From: Gemmatimonas sp. | Lineage (GTDB): Bacteria > Gemmatimonadota > Gemmatimonadetes > Gemmatimonadales > Gemmatimonadaceae | DNA length: 64,000 bases | Direction of reading: 5' to 3' | Assembly (NCBI GenBank): GCA_965279375.1 | Contig: OZ257156.1 | Span: forward strand, 5,120,001 to 5,184,000 | Part shown: piece after piece, positions 21,401 through 32,400 of the stretch | Layout: each line of letters opens with the position of its first letter | How positions within the stretch are numbered: position 1 is the first letter of the stretch | Made by a program: the position numbers and the translations under genes | Notes under the pieces: model-generated | Databases searched by the model: none | What the model was told of the DNA's origin: nothing | Seen by the model: only the letters and a program-made list of their open reading frames with translations

Positions 21401-24400
21401 CCCGAAATGCCGTACGACCACAGTCGAGGCTGCGCCCCGCGATTGCGCGAGCGTTCATCCCGCGGCGGCGCCAACGATCCATTGCCGAAGAGCACCTGCC
21501 CCGCCAAGTCCTGAAACACGGCCGCGTTCGTCGCCGACACGCCGAGCTCGGCGAGCTCGATTTGCGTGGACGTCCACGCAATCTCGAACGCGCGCTGCGC
21601 CGCGTGCGAATCATGGTAGCGACCGGCGAGTTCAAAGGCTGACTCGCGGCTGGCCGCCACGAGCGTGGTGAAGGCGACACTCACGGTCTGGCCGGGTGTA
21701 ACCCGCACGCACGTGCGCAACGACACGATGGGATCGAGCACGGCACCGGTGAAGCCGGACAGATCCCCGTCGGTGCGCAGCGCCTGCGGATCACGCACGT
21801 CGTGGCCACGGCCCAGAAAGCGCCCTCTATCCGTCTCGCATGAGGTTGCACCGACGCGATCACGTCCCGCATCGACCACGTGCACGCACCACAGGCGTGG
21901 CTCCTCCGGGGTACGCGGGCGTCGTGTAGCGGTCACGGCGGTGCACCACGCATGCCACTCGGTCTCGACGAAGAGGTTCGAGAACGCAGGATGCGCGCGG
22001 TCCGCGTCGGGAGAGGTGAGCACGACCTCGCCGTAGCTGGTCAGCTCGATGTCGTGCGATTCGCTGCCGGTGTTCGTGAGTGTGATGCGCCGGACTTCAG
22101 CGCCGTCGGCCGGCACGACGGTGAGCTCGGTGCGCGTCTCGATGTCACCATCGACGCGATGCCACAACACACGGTCCGTGGTCAGCTGCACGCGCATCCA
22201 GTCAGGCGTGGCGCGCACAGGTTGCTGCGCACTCGACCAGACCTTGCCGGTCGTGCGATCACGCAGGTAGCAGAACTGCCCGGTGTTGTCCGCGGTGCTG
22301 TCCGCACGCCAGCGCGTGACGGCCAAGGCTCCGTAGCGACTGTATCCGCTGCCGGTGTGGTTGACCATCACGGCGTAGCTCGTGGAACCGAGCAGTGCCA
22401 CGCGTGGTGTCGGCGATTGCAGCGGGTCGATCTCTCGCACCTTCGGATGCTCACGCTGCGCTTCGGATATCGAGTCTTCCGGACGCGCGCCTTGCGCTCG
22501 CTGCATGGTCAGACGTCGCGGTACGCGCTCGAAGAGCAGCAGCTCCGCCGACTTCACCAGTGCATCGCTGTGGAAGCGCTCCTGCCAGACGTCATCCAGC
22601 ACCACGTTCGTGAGGGAGACGAGCGTCATGCCGATGTGATGCGCCATGTATGTACGCACCAGGGCGAGACGGTCGCCCGGCACCGGCCGCGTGTAGTCGA
22701 GCGCATCGCAGAAGCCGTACTCATCCAGCGCACCCATCGACTCGAGCGTGCGCAGGTTGTCGAGCCCTCGCGTGGGGTCGATCATCGTGGCGAGCGCGGT
22801 TGCATATGGGGCGATGACGAGATCGCGACCGAGCCCGCGCTTGAGCGCGAGATCGGGAATGCCGAACGCGCGATACTGATACGTCTGATGGCGATCGCGA
22901 ACGTTGTAGGCACACTCGCTCACACCCCATGGCACATTCTTGCCGCGCGCGTACGCACGGTGTCGTCGCACGGCCGACTGGTACGTCTGATCGAGCAGCG
23001 TGTAGGGGAGCGAGCGCATGACCAGCACCGGCATCAGGTACTCGAACATGCTGCCACTCCAGGACACGAGCGCCGTCGAGCCTGCGGCCACGTTGAGCGC
23101 GCGCGACAGCCGGAACCAATGCTCCACGGGAACGTCGTTCTTCGCGATGGCGACAAAGCTCGCCAGGCGCGCCTCGGAGGCCAGCAGATCGTAGCACGAC
23201 GCATCCGGTGCGAACGTATCCGGCTGATACCCGATCGTGAACAGCTTCGCTTCGGCATTGTACAGGAAGACGAAATCCATCTCGCTGACGATGCGATACG
23301 ACTGGTCGGCGAGCGCGTGCAGACGCGGCGCCAGCGTCGGCTCCGCGTCGGCGAATCGCAAGCACGCTTGCCGCAGCGCGATGAGATGCCCGGCGATGTT
23401 GCCACTGTCGACGGTGCTGATGTAGCGTGGCTCGAGCACGCGCAAATCGTGCAGGTCGTACCAGTTGAAGAAGTGTCCGCGAAAGGTCTGGAGCTGCTGC
23501 ATGGTCGCAAAAGCGCGCTCCAGGCGCTCGACCATCTCGGCCAGCGGAATCAATCCCAGATCATGCGCGCTGGTGGTCGCGAGTAGCTGCAGCCCGATGT
23601 TCGTCGGCGACGTGCGCATGGCGACAATCGGGTCTGGTGTCGCCTGGAAGTTGTCTGGCGCCAACCAGTGTGTCTCTTCGCTGACAAAGCGCTCGAAGAA
23701 CTTCCAGTGCACGGCTGCGTAGCGCCGCGCTTGCGCGCGTGCACTTTCAGACAGCAGTTGCCGTGGTGCGGGTGCGGGCTTGCTGAGCCAGTCGGCGATG
23801 CTCGGTGCGGCAACCCACAGCAGCGTGGTGGCCCACAAGGCGATCGCCGACGGCACGAGTTCACTCAGCGGCGCGTGCAGCGACAGCTGGTGCCGCACCG
23901 CGAAGGCCGAAATGCCCGTCGCCAGCAACACGACCGCCGCCACCGTCCAACGCATGGCGCGCCAACTCTGCGCGCCCACCGCGGAGACCCGCTTCTCAAC
24001 AAGCGACGCCGACCGCCACTCGAGCAAGTGCTTGCGCGATACGGCCAGTCGGTAGAGCGTGCGGCCGATCGCATCGGCAGAAATCCACGCCTGATGCGGC
24101 AGGAATGTCAGCGCCGCACCGAACTGTTTCGCGCTGACGATCGCGTCTTGTCCGACGGCGGCGTAGTACGCTCGCCACGACTTGTCCAAGGGCGGCCGAA
24201 TCACGGCCAGCAGCAGCGACGTCACCCACGGCGCCACGATGGCGCCGAAACCCAATAGCGTCCACCGCACCGCCGATCCGGGAAGCAGCGTCCATCCCGC
24301 GACGAGCAGCATGAGCTGCGAGATCTCTACCGTGCTGCGGCGCAGATTGTCGAGAATCTTCCACTGCGAGAGCAACGACAGCCGATTCCGCTCAGGACCA

Positions 24401-26796
24401 TCCGGGCCCGGCACGTGGCGCCGCAGCCACGGCAACAGCTGCCAGTCACCGCGTATCCAGCGATGCTTGCGCTGCGTGCTGGCGACGTAGCTCGACGGAT
24501 AGTCGTCGTACACGATCACATCGGTCGCGAGACCAGCGCGCGCATAGTTGCCCTCGATGAGATCGTGCGAGAGCAGCGCGTTCTCGGGGAATCGGCCGTG
24601 CGTAGCCAGCTGAAAGGCATCCACGTCATAGATGCCTTTACCGGTGTAGCTGCCTTCACCGTACAGGTCCTGATACACGTCCGACACCGCGGTGGAGTAC
24701 GGATCAACCCCGGGGTAGCCAGACGCGATGGACGCGAAGCGGGAGTGATGCGCGCTGGGCAGTGACACACCAACGCGCGGCTGCAGAATGCCGTAGCCAC
24801 GTACGATCCGGCGAACCGACGGGTCGTACACGGCGCGATTGAGTGGATGCGCCAGCGCTCCCACGAGCGCGGGCGCGGCGTCCGGCGGAAGCACGGTATC
24901 GGAGTCGAGCGTGATGACGTACTTCACGCTCTGCAGCGGCCCGATGTCTCCGGAGATGGTGGAGAACGCCATCGTGGAGCCACCGCGCAGGAGGCTGTTG
25001 AACTCCGCCAGCTTGCCGCGCTTGCGCTCCCATCCCATCCACACGCCTTCGCGCGCATTCCAACGGCGTGGCCGATGCAGCAGATGAAAGGCGTCAGGCT
25101 CATGCGCCGAGTGTCGCTCGTTGAGCGCGCGCACACCGGCGACGGCCGCCGCAACCAAGTCCTCGTCGCCGGGCATGTTCTCTGCGGGCGCGTCGAGGAA
25201 GTCGCTGAGCACCGCGAAGTGCAGATGCGTTTCTCGGTTTGCCAGAAACTGCACTTCCAGATTGGCCAGCGCTTCCTGCACATCGTCCACGGTGCCAAAG
25301 AGCGTCGGCATCACCACGGCCGTCCGATATTCTGCCGGCACTCCGTGTTCGTGCAGATCCAACCGCGGCAGCAGGTCCGGCGCAAGCACCGTCGTGACCA
25401 ACTGATTCAGCGTATTGGCCGCCACGTCGAGTGCAGGCAACAGCGTGAAGAGCAGGACCAGCCAGAGCGAGCGCTCTGGATGCGACTCGAGCAACAGGGC
25501 CAGCGCCAGCAGTGCGATACCGGTACAGAGCAGCAACCCGCCGAGGAATACCATGTTGGGCGAGCCACGCACGGCACGGCCGACGCGTTCGCCGATGTGC
25601 GGGATGTAGCCCATCGCCTGTTCGGTCTCGAGGGCGCCGTCATCGATGAGGTAGTATCCCACATGACAGCGATGCGGTGACGCACTCGACTCCGGTACAC
25701 GCATCTCCTGCTGCGCGCGCGCGATGACCCACTGTGCCACAGCCACTTCGCGGCGGCCGGTACGCTTGGCGATCCGCTCGACCACGTGGCGGTAACGATC
25801 GCGCGTCGCAAAGGTCATCTGCGAATAGAACCCCGACGGATCGGTGCGCAGCACGGCTTCCATCGCGCTCTGCTGCTCCACGAACATGCGCCAATCGCAG
25901 CGCCCCACCTCGCGCAGGCTCATGATGCTGTTGGCCATCATGATCTGCGTCAGCGCCAGCCGTTGCGTGGAATGCGCGGCCGACTCCTCCGGGCTGACGC
26001 CCGCATCACGCAGCCAGTGCTCCAGCCACGCCAGCGCCGGTGACGCGCCTTCGGCACGCCGCAACGACTGCAGAAATCGGGAAACGAAGTGCGGCGTCAG
26101 CGCATGCTCCGCATCCGCAAACTCGCGCAGTCCAGCACGCAGCTGCGCGCCACCGCGCGCACTCGCCGCGACGACGCGTTCCGCCCAGTGATCGGCCAGC
26201 TCTGTCTCGTCGAGTCGCTGGATCGTGCGCAGCGCCATGCGTCGCACACTTTCGATCAGGCCGAGCCGCAGCATCGCCGGCATTGCCCACAACTCGCCGA
26301 TGGAGAGCGGCGTGACGCTCTGGAATGCCTCGACGTACGGATTGACGTTGTCGAGATCGATGCGCGCTTCGGTGTGCGAGATCAGCGAAATCGCGATCTC
26401 GTACACGCGCGGATAGCCGGCCAACGGGCCATGGCTCAGCTCGGGCAGCTCACGATAGAAGCCACCCGGTAGACTCGACCGGACCTCGAGCAAGTGCTCC
26501 TGCACGACGTGGTAGTTGTCGAGCAGCCATTCGGCAGCGGGTCCCGCATCGGCGATATCGATCGAGATCGTGAGCAGGCGGCCGTACGCCTCAGCCAGAA
26601 TGCCCCGCGTATCGGCCAGGCGCGCGAGCAAGCGAGCTGGACGTAGCGGAATCGTCCCGGACGCAAGGCGCTGGCTGCGCGCAACGGCGCGTGCGCGCGC
26701 AGCCAGATGCTCCAATCCAAGCAATTCGCCCCGAATGGGACCGACGAGCATCTCGTCGGTGGCCTGCGCGCGCAGCCGTGCGGCTCCGGTATTCAT
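18448..26796 (-). CDS. cgs: Cyclic beta-1,2-glucan synthase (Cgs/NdvB/ChvB family: GT84, cyclisation domain and GH94 phosphorylase)
   Basis: 2782 aa. EWLLDNY, GWERKRGKL, ITLDSD, SHDLIEG, RKHRWIRGDWQ, RTSPTNIG, SWSGSMFEYLMP, QSGGAYGFRDQLQD, GDWNDG, GVRENGAQYTHAA, GWTWYTGSA. Confidence 0.92.
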   Translation of the reverse strand: MNTGAARLRAQATDEMLVGPIRGELLGLEHLAARARAVARSQRLASGTIPLRPARLLARLADTRGILAEAYGRLLTISIDIADAGPAAEWLLDNYHVVQEHLLEVRSSLPGGFYRELPELSHGPLAGYPRVYEIAISLISHTEARIDLDNVNPYVEAFQSVTPLSIGELWAMPAMLRLGLIESVRRMALRTIQRLDETELADHWAERVVAASARGGAQLRAGLREFADAEHALTPHFVSRFLQSLRRAEGASPALAWLEHWLRDAGVSPEESAAHSTQRLALTQIMMANSIMSLREVGRCDWRMFVEQQSAMEAVLRTDPSGFYSQMTFATRDRYRHVVERIAKRTGRREVAVAQWVIARAQQEMRVPESSASPHRCHVGYYLIDDGALETEQAMGYIPHIGERVGRAVRGSPNMVFLGGLLLCTGIALLALALLLESHPERSLWLVLLFTLLPALDVAANTLNQLVTTVLAPDLLPRLDLHEHGVPAEYRTAVVMPTLFGTVDDVQEALANLEVQFLANRETHLHFAVLSDFLDAPAENMPGDEDLVAAAVAGVRALNERHSAHEPDAFHLLHRPRRWNAREGVWMGWERKRGKLAEFNSLLRGGSTMAFSTISGDIGPLQSVKYVITLDSDTVLPPDAAPALVGALAHPLNRAVYDPSVRRIVRGYGILQPRVGVSLPSAHHSRFASIASGYPGVDPYSTAVSDVYQDLYGEGSYTGKGIYDVDAFQLATHGRFPENALLSHDLIEGNYARAGLATDVIVYDDYPSSYVASTQRKHRWIRGDWQLLPWLRRHVPGPDGPERNRLSLLSQWKILDNLRRSTVEISQLMLLVAGWTLLPGSAVRWTLLGFGAIVAPWVTSLLLAVIRPPLDKSWRAYYAAVGQDAIVSAKQFGAALTFLPHQAWISADAIGRTLYRLAVSRKHLLEWRSASLVEKRVSAVGAQSWRAMRWTVAAVVLLATGISAFAVRHQLSLHAPLSELVPSAIALWATTLLWVAAPSIADWLSKPAPAPRQLLSESARAQARRYAAVHWKFFERFVSEETHWLAPDNFQATPDPIVAMRTSPTNIGLQLLATTSAHDLGLIPLAEMVERLERAFATMQQLQTFRGHFFNWYDLHDLRVLEPRYISTVDSGNIAGHLIALRQACLRFADAEPTLAPRLHALADQSYRIVSEMDFVFLYNAEAKLFTIGYQPDTFAPDASCYDLLASEARLASFVAIAKNDVPVEHWFRLSRALNVAAGSTALVSWSGSMFEYLMPVLVMRSLPYTLLDQTYQSAVRRHRAYARGKNVPWGVSECAYNVRDRHQTYQYRAFGIPDLALKRGLGRDLVIAPYATALATMIDPTRGLDNLRTLESMGALDEYGFCDALDYTRPVPGDRLALVRTYMAHHIGMTLVSLTNVVLDDVWQERFHSDALVKSAELLLFERVPRRLTMQRAQGARPEDSISEAQREHPKVREIDPLQSPTPRVALLGSTSYAVMVNHTGSGYSRYGALAVTRWRADSTADNTGQFCYLRDRTTGKVWSSAQQPVRATPDWMRVQLTTDRVLWHRVDGDIETRTELTVVPADGAEVRRITLTNTGSESHDIELTSYGEVVLTSPDADRAHPAFSNLFVETEWHAWCTAVTATRRPRTPEEPRLWCVHVVDAGRDRVGATSCETDRGRFLGRGHDVRDPQALRTDGDLSGFTGAVLDPIVSLRTCVRVTPGQTVSVAFTTLVAASRESAFELAGRYHDSHAAQRAFEIAWTSTQIELAELGVSATNAAVFQDLAGQVLFGNGSLAPPRDERSRNRGAQPRLWSYGISGDLPIVLAVIDSLDGLQTLRDLFAAHRFWRRRGLAVDLVIVNTHSYDYLQELRDAIVESMIAADDATHVDLPGGVHIRRREAFTADDYLMLSATARVEIACDGRTVGRVLAAADSAQLAQRDVGDHIALRRVRGLPIPALPGERSALASLVSVLRPLVLPLIPRSGRLRAHDSPTALSVDESTLRFGNGIGGVDGSNDYVMTIDATRLPPAPWANVIANPHGGFLVSERGAGCMWAENAYFYRVTPWHNDPVSDPCTDVLYLRDDESDVLWSATPAPVPTAGQYRVRHGAGRSTFEHVHDGIVSKLEMAMPSDAAVKVSLLTLTNTTDRPRQITVTAYAEWALGARREDTQHQVYTRYADDSQAVIAQNHFDERFTAWASFLATSEPVVSYSCDRLSFIGRDGHLGDPRALGLDALDGRSGVGLDPCGALQWRVLLAPGEHREMSILLGAARTEADAQRLIARLKPVASAQATVEHSAAEWNARLSVISVATPDPAFDTMLNKWTLYQALSSRMWARMGLYQSGGAYGFRDQLQDVLAFVYAEPGLARAHLLRAAARQFPEGDVQHWWHAHSGRGVRTRFSDDLAWLPYVVDQYVRVTGDAAVLDEYVPFLNMRVLKPGEHELYDLPTVSDEHASVYEHCLRALRRACTVGTHGLPLIGSGDWNDGMSLVGAGGTGESVWLAWFLVTTLRGFAVYADARHDAPESAQLRALADAYVVAIEANAWDGQWYRRAFYDDGTPIGSASSDECRIDSIAQSWSVISGAGLPARQSLAMQSLQSELVRDDAGIIMLLTPPFDRGTHDPGYIKGYLPGVRENGAQYTHAALWAVMATAMQGNGDRAFELFQMINPLTHTDSADGVARYRVEPYVVAADVYTAAGQLGRGGWTWYTGSASWMYRVGLEQLLGFTKVGSTLRVAPCVPDAWPRYDIAYRFGASTYEISVIDPAAVRRSGGRVTIDGVLRSDDVIPLVDDGERHVVSIEPATRT

Positions 26797-26912
26797 GAGC
26801 CGCCCGAGCCGTCGGCGAGTACGCTACACAGGGCGCCCCGCCGCTCTGTGGCTGCGCTCGCTGTCCTGCCTCGACGCCAGAGGCGTCGCATCGTCTGGTC
26901 CTGCCATCCGAT

Positions 26913-27062
26913 TCACAGGACCTTTCGGCCCTGAATCACCTGCACCAGGACGACAACGACCGCGACGACGAGCAGGATGTGAATGAAGCCACCCATCGTA
27001 TACGCACTGACCATTCCCAGGAGCCAGAGCACGATGAGGATGATGGCGAGAGTCATGAGCAT
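26913..27062 (-). CDS. lmo0937-family small membrane protein (49 aa)
   Basis: MLMTLAIILIVLWLLGMVSAYTMGGFIHILLVVAVVVVLVQVIQGRKVL with GAGGTGA RBS. Confidence 0.9.
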   Translation of the reverse strand: MLMTLAIILIVLWLLGMVSAYTMGGFIHILLVVAVVVVLVQVIQGRKVL

Positions 27063-27167
27063 GGTATCACCTCGAAAGAGAGAGCAAACAACTGCGGCTC
27101 CACTCTCTGCTATCAAGTTCCGTACCGCGGCGCTCGCAGTGACGTACGACCACTCGCCACAAACACA

Positions 27168-27200
27168 ACGGGCCATCCACCGCGTCGGTGAATGGCCCGT
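27168..27200 (-). terminator. Hairpin, probable terminator of the susC-susD-DUF4397 transcript
   Basis: Minus strand ACGGGCCATTCACC-gacgc-GGTGGATGGCCCGT followed by TGTGTTTG. Confidence 0.7.
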
Positions 27201-27220
27201 GTGCCCGACAACCGCAGCGG

Positions 27221-28036
27221 CTACTGGTCGCTGAGCACAAAAGCGCGCAGCGGTGCGCCACCAACGTTGTTGTCTGCCGCGACGATGGTGCGTCCCGTCC
27301 CCGCCGTAATGGCGAGGCTGGCGACGTTGATCACCACGGCACCGGCGCGCGCCGCAGCCGCTGTACCAGCCGGTACCACGCGCACCTGATAGGTCCCCGC
27401 CGCCAGCGACAGGTAGGCCGACGCCGTCTGATACGCGACGTTCGCCAGTGTCGGCGTTGCGGTGGCGAGGTCCGCGCCGACCGCCGTGACGAAGATGTCC
27501 ACGGCGCCGGCGGTCGGACTGAGATGCACCACGCGCACACGCGCCTGTCCCGAGGCAGGAAGCGCGTTGTCATCGACGGTCTGATATCCCGTCACGGCGC
27601 TGCCCGCGGCACCGCCAATCGCGTACACGGTACGGTCCTGGCTCTCGGTCACCGTGAAGTTGATCGTGGCCACGGTCGTGTTGGTGTCCGCCGTGCGCTT
27701 GAGCACCAGCGACCGCGATCCCGACAACACCGCGGCGTACAACGCGGTATTGGGTGCCGCGAGCGTGGCCGGCGTGCTCTGCGTGTACGTCAGATTCACG
27801 CCGAACGGCAGCTTCTCCAGAATGGCGTTGACGCGTCCGCGTGTGGTATCGGTGATCACGTTGACGAATCGCACGCGCCCCTGAGCACCCGACGGCTGCA
27901 GCGGGCCAGTGGCATCCTTGGTTCCGCAGGCCGTGCTGATCACGGCGAGCGCTGCGAACAGCGCCACATTGAAGCGACGGGCCACGCGCACGCTCTCTGA
28001 GTTGATGGAGTTCATATGCATGATGGGCGCCCTCAC
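27221..28036 (-). CDS. DUF4397-domain lipoprotein
   Basis: Lipobox-like ISTAC. Two repeats with RVRFVN and RVRVVHLSPTAGAVDIFV. Confidence 0.85.
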   Translation of the reverse strand: MRAPIMHMNSINSESVRVARRFNVALFAALAVISTACGTKDATGPLQPSGAQGRVRFVNVITDTTRGRVNAILEKLPFGVNLTYTQSTPATLAAPNTALYAAVLSGSRSLVLKRTADTNTTVATINFTVTESQDRTVYAIGGAAGSAVTGYQTVDDNALPASGQARVRVVHLSPTAGAVDIFVTAVGADLATATPTLANVAYQTASAYLSLAAGTYQVRVVPAGTAAAARAGAVVINVASLAITAGTGRTIVAADNNVGGAPLRAFVLSDQ

Positions 28037-29397
28037 TGCGCCGTGCAGCCGGCCGGGAACGTACTCGGCTCGGTTGGATCGGGAAGCGCGGCGAAGCTGG
28101 CGTTAGGGTTGGCGTTGCGGTCACCGATGGCGTACGGCAGCCAGCAGCGCTGCCCTTGCACCGGCACCGCCGGCGCGGCCGTCGGACCACGAATGGCGTT
28201 GCGACGACGCGCGTCTTCCCAACGCTGACCAGTGCCCAGCAGCTCGTAGCGACGCTGCGTGTAGATCTCCGTGAGCAAGTCGGCCTGCGACAGCGCCGCG
28301 GTCAGTGCCGGGAGGCACGCCTTGGGATCGTCGAGTCCGCGTCCGCCCGTGCAGTCGGTACGCACCGAATCGAGCACCGCCTGTGCCGATGCGAGGTTGC
28401 CCTGCACCGCGAGCGCTTCCGCCTTGATGAGCAGCGCCTCGTCGGGCATGTACACGGGCAGCGGCGCCTGCGGACTGGCCCAGCGGCTGAACGGATCGAG
28501 CAGCGCGCCGACACGACCCGTCAGCGTTGTGGACGGCGTGACGAAATACGCAAAGCGCTGATCCTGCGCCAGCATCGATGTGCGGAATGAACGACGGACC
28601 GCGATGCCGTTGACACCGCCGGTGACGGCCGCATACGGATTCACCGTAGGCGCCGGGAACGTGAGCACCGACAGCGCCGCCGTACCCGTACGTGCCACGA
28701 GGTTCGACGCAGACAGTGCCGTCGCCTGATCGTTGGCCATGCGGGCGTAGCGAGCGCGATAGAGCTGAATCACGTTCGGCAGACTCACACCCGGCGTCAG
28801 GATGCTGTTGTTGAAGAACGCACCCGGCGCCGTCGCCGAAACCGCCTGCGCCGCCGAGTCGAGCAGCGCACGCACCAACGTCAGCCCTGCCGTGCGGCTC
28901 TCGTAGGTTGGAGCAGTGACACCGTACGTCTGCAGCGGGATCTTCTGGTACGACTGCAACGCTTCACCGAGTGCTTCCGCCTTGAGCGTCCACGCCAGCG
29001 CCTTCAGTCCACTGCGCGTGCCCGGATCGATCTGCGCAGACAGGGCGTCCGCGCCAGCGAGCAGGTCGTCGGCCGTGCGGACCGTGCGGTACACCGAGTT
29101 GAAGACGTTGTCGGCGATGCCCGTGCCCGACGGAACGGCACCCTGTTCCGCGTCGCTGATGGAAATGAGCGCTGCACTCGTGGCCGCAAATTCATCGGTC
29201 ACGAGTCCCGCCGTGTACGCGTAATTGCCGTACGACGTCGCGAAGCGCGACTGCAAACCCGTGGCCAGCGCGATCACGCCATCCACGTTCGTGGTGACCT
29301 GCGCTTCGGTGGGGGAGTTGGGGTTCTGCAAGTCGAGGCTGCATGCCCCGAGGGAAACGGCGGCGACGAGCACCGCGCTCTGCTTGATCATGCGCAT
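28033..29397 (-). CDS. RagB/SusD-family nutrient-binding outer-membrane lipoprotein
   Basis: Lipobox SLGAC, EALLIKAEA, EIYTQRRYEL..GQRWED.RR. Directly downstream of susC. Confidence 0.9.
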   Translation of the reverse strand: MRMIKQSAVLVAAVSLGACSLDLQNPNSPTEAQVTTNVDGVIALATGLQSRFATSYGNYAYTAGLVTDEFAATSAALISISDAEQGAVPSGTGIADNVFNSVYRTVRTADDLLAGADALSAQIDPGTRSGLKALAWTLKAEALGEALQSYQKIPLQTYGVTAPTYESRTAGLTLVRALLDSAAQAVSATAPGAFFNNSILTPGVSLPNVIQLYRARYARMANDQATALSASNLVARTGTAALSVLTFPAPTVNPYAAVTGGVNGIAVRRSFRTSMLAQDQRFAYFVTPSTTLTGRVGALLDPFSRWASPQAPLPVYMPDEALLIKAEALAVQGNLASAQAVLDSVRTDCTGGRGLDDPKACLPALTAALSQADLLTEIYTQRRYELLGTGQRWEDARRRNAIRGPTAAPAVPVQGQRCWLPYAIGDRNANPNASFAALPDPTEPSTFPAGCTAQ

Positions 29398-29416
29398 GAG
29401 TTCTGGTCTCCGCGGG

Positions 29417-32400
29417 TCAGTAAGTGAATCGCGCACTGACGGACCACACGCGCGGAATGGGATAGCCGCCAAAATCGAATCCACGGTCGGCGGCCGTAGT
29501 CTGCACCGAGCCGACGCCGCCGGCATTGGTGCCGAAGAGGTTGATCTCGGGATCGTAGCCGCTGTACTTGGTCCACACCGCGAGGTTGCGGCCCGAGACG
29601 GTTACGTCGATGCCGTCCTTGAACAGGCGTCGCGTCGTGGGAAAGTCGAGCGTGTAGGTCGCCGACAGTTCACGCAGCTTCACGAACGAGCCGTCTTCGA
29701 CCCAGTACTCGAAGATGCCCTGCGTTCTGGCGTTAAAGCCCGGCGGCAGCTTGTTCGGGTCGCCGTACGGCAACAGCTCGCGCTCGTACGTCTTCGAGTT
29801 GCTGGCCACGCCGGCGTTCTGCGCACGCGTGGAGAGGTTCATCACGTCGTTGCCGAACACGCCGTCGAGCAGCATGCGGAAGCGCAGCTTCTTGCCGAGC
29901 GTCACTTCGTTGAGCAACGAGCCAAGCCATGACGGGTTCGGATCGCCGATGACCTTGTTCAGCGAGTCGTTGCAGGTGCCCTGACTGATCGCCTGGCGCT
30001 GCGCCGTCGTGGCGCCCATGTCCACCGCTTGATTGCTGCGGCGGTAGCGGCCCAGCGAGTCGAGCAGCAGCGCACCCGTCACGCAATTGCGCGCCGCGTA
30101 CGAGCCATAGAACACACCGGCCGGCTGACCGGCGCGAATGCGGTTGGGATAGCCACCCGCCGACTGGAAGTCGAGGATGTCGAGCTTCTCGACCATGTTC
30201 TTGTTGGTCGAGTACGTCGCCGTGGTGGACCACTTGAAGTTGGCCTTATCCACGTTCTGCGTCTTCACCATCAGCTCCACGCCCTTGTTCGACATGCTGC
30301 CGATCGGGAAGAACTGACGCGAGAAGCCCGTGCTCGTCGCGAGCGGACGGAAGAACAGCAGGTCCGACACGAGGCGATTGTAGTACGTCGCATCCACGGA
30401 CACCTTGCCGTTGAGGATGCCCGCTTCCGCGCCCACTTCCCATTCGCGCGCGCGCTCGTTGCGCAGCGTGGGGTTGCCGTACACCACGTCGTTCACGAAG
30501 CCCGGACGACCCGCGAACGGGAGCTGCGTGTACGCGATGAACTGCGAATACGCATTGACGATGCCCGGCTGGCTGCCCGCCCATCCCAGTGCACTGCGCA
30601 CGCGGAAGTTGTTGACGAGACCATCGCGATTGTTCAGCACCACGAAGGAAGCGGACAGCTTGGGGAACGCCTGCCACCGCTCCGACGGCGCGAACGTGCT
30701 CGACGCGTCATAGCGCACCGCGCCGCTCAGGAACAGCCGATCCTTGATGGCCACTTCCTGCTGACCGAAGAAGCCGAGCGTGCGAAGTTCCACTTCCGTC
30801 TGGCCTGCACTGAAGACGGAGCCTGCGCCGACCAGCTCACCCACCGGCGCGAGTCCGTTGGCCACGGCGTTCGTGGTACGAACCTTCTGGCTCGTGTAGT
30901 TGAAGCCGCCCGTCGTGCGCAGTTCTACGGGACCCATCGGCTTCCACGAGTACGTGGCGATGCCGTCCTGGTTGACGATGCGGTTCGCCTGGAAAATCGA
31001 CTGAGCTCGCCCAGTGGAGTTGGGCGCCGTACCCAGCACCGCATTGCGCGGCAGAAACTGGCGCGCCTCGAACGACGTGTTGTCGACGCCGATCGTGTAG
31101 TCGAGAATGAGCTCGGGAATCGGCGTCCACGTCAGCTTGCTCGAACCAATGAAGCGGTCGATCGTCTGCGGATTCTTGATGCGATCGATCGCCAGGAGCG
31201 GATTGGTACCGAGCGCCGGCGGCAGCGGATAAATGCCGTTGACCGGACGGAAGTCGACGTTCGTGGGCGCGAAGAAGAGCGAGCCCATGATGCCGTAGTC
31301 GTTGTTCTCGCCGAACGCCTGAAACTGGTTCTGCGTCGTGACATAGTTGGCCGTCACGTTGGCGATCAGCTTGGGGTTGAGCGTCTGCTGTAGGTTGATG
31401 CGCGCGCCCTGGCGACGCGACGACGTGCTCTTGAGAATGCCGTCTTCCGCCGACGCATTCGCGCTCAGGAAATACCGCGTCTGCTCGTTGCCACCTTCGA
31501 CCGTCAGGTTCTGCTCCGTGCCCGCAGCGCGCGTGAAGATGTCGTCCTGATAGTTGAAGCGCTTGACCGGCAGTCCGTTCTCGTTGAACGGATACAGGTT
31601 GAACGGCTGCTGTTCGCGCAGTTCGTTGGACGAGTAGCGGCTCGAGAATGCGAAGCGCGGCTTGCCGATGCTGCCACGCTTCGTGAAGATCTGCACCACA
31701 CCGTTGTTGGCGCGCGAGCCGTAGAGCGCCGCCGCCGCCGCACCACGAATGATCTCGATACGCTCCACGTCTGCCGGATTGAGATCGGCCAAGCGATTCT
31801 GCGGGTTGGAGCGTCCGCCGAGATCGATGAGCTGCGTCGACCCGTTATCGATGATCACGCCGTCGATGATGTACAGCGGATCCGAGCCCGAGATGAACGA
31901 GTTCGTACCACGCAGGCGCACCGACATGCCGCCGCCACCCGGACCGCCCGAGTTCTGCGAGATCTGCGCGCCGGCCACCTTGCCCTGCAGCGCCTGATCG
32001 AGCGTCACCGACTGCGCGCGGCTGATGATCGTCGAGTCCACCGACGCGATGCTGGTGCCGACCTTACGCTTCTCCGTCGGCGCCGCCGATCCGGTGACGA
32101 TGACTTCGCTCAGATTCACTGCGCTGACGCGCAGCCCAAAGTCCAAAACAGCCGTCGCGCCCGCGGTCACCGTCACCGGCAGCACCAGCGGCGAATAGCC
32201 GATGCGCCGCACGCTGATGGCGCGCGGGCCAGCCGGCACCCCGGCGATCACATACTCACCGTTTGTGCCGCTGATCGCTCCCACGCGGGTGCCGGAGACC
32301 GTCACCTGCGCCTCTGCCAACCCTCGCCCGTTCGCGGCGTCGGTCACCTTGCCGCGCACCGTTCCGGTTCCTGCCTGTGCCGCCAGCATCGCCAGCGGCG

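Noticed and set aside
27112..27127. sigma54-like CGGTACG-N4-TTGAT (minus strand) upstream of the lmo0937 gene
   Set aside because: The -12 element is GA rather than GC, too weak to call without TSS data.
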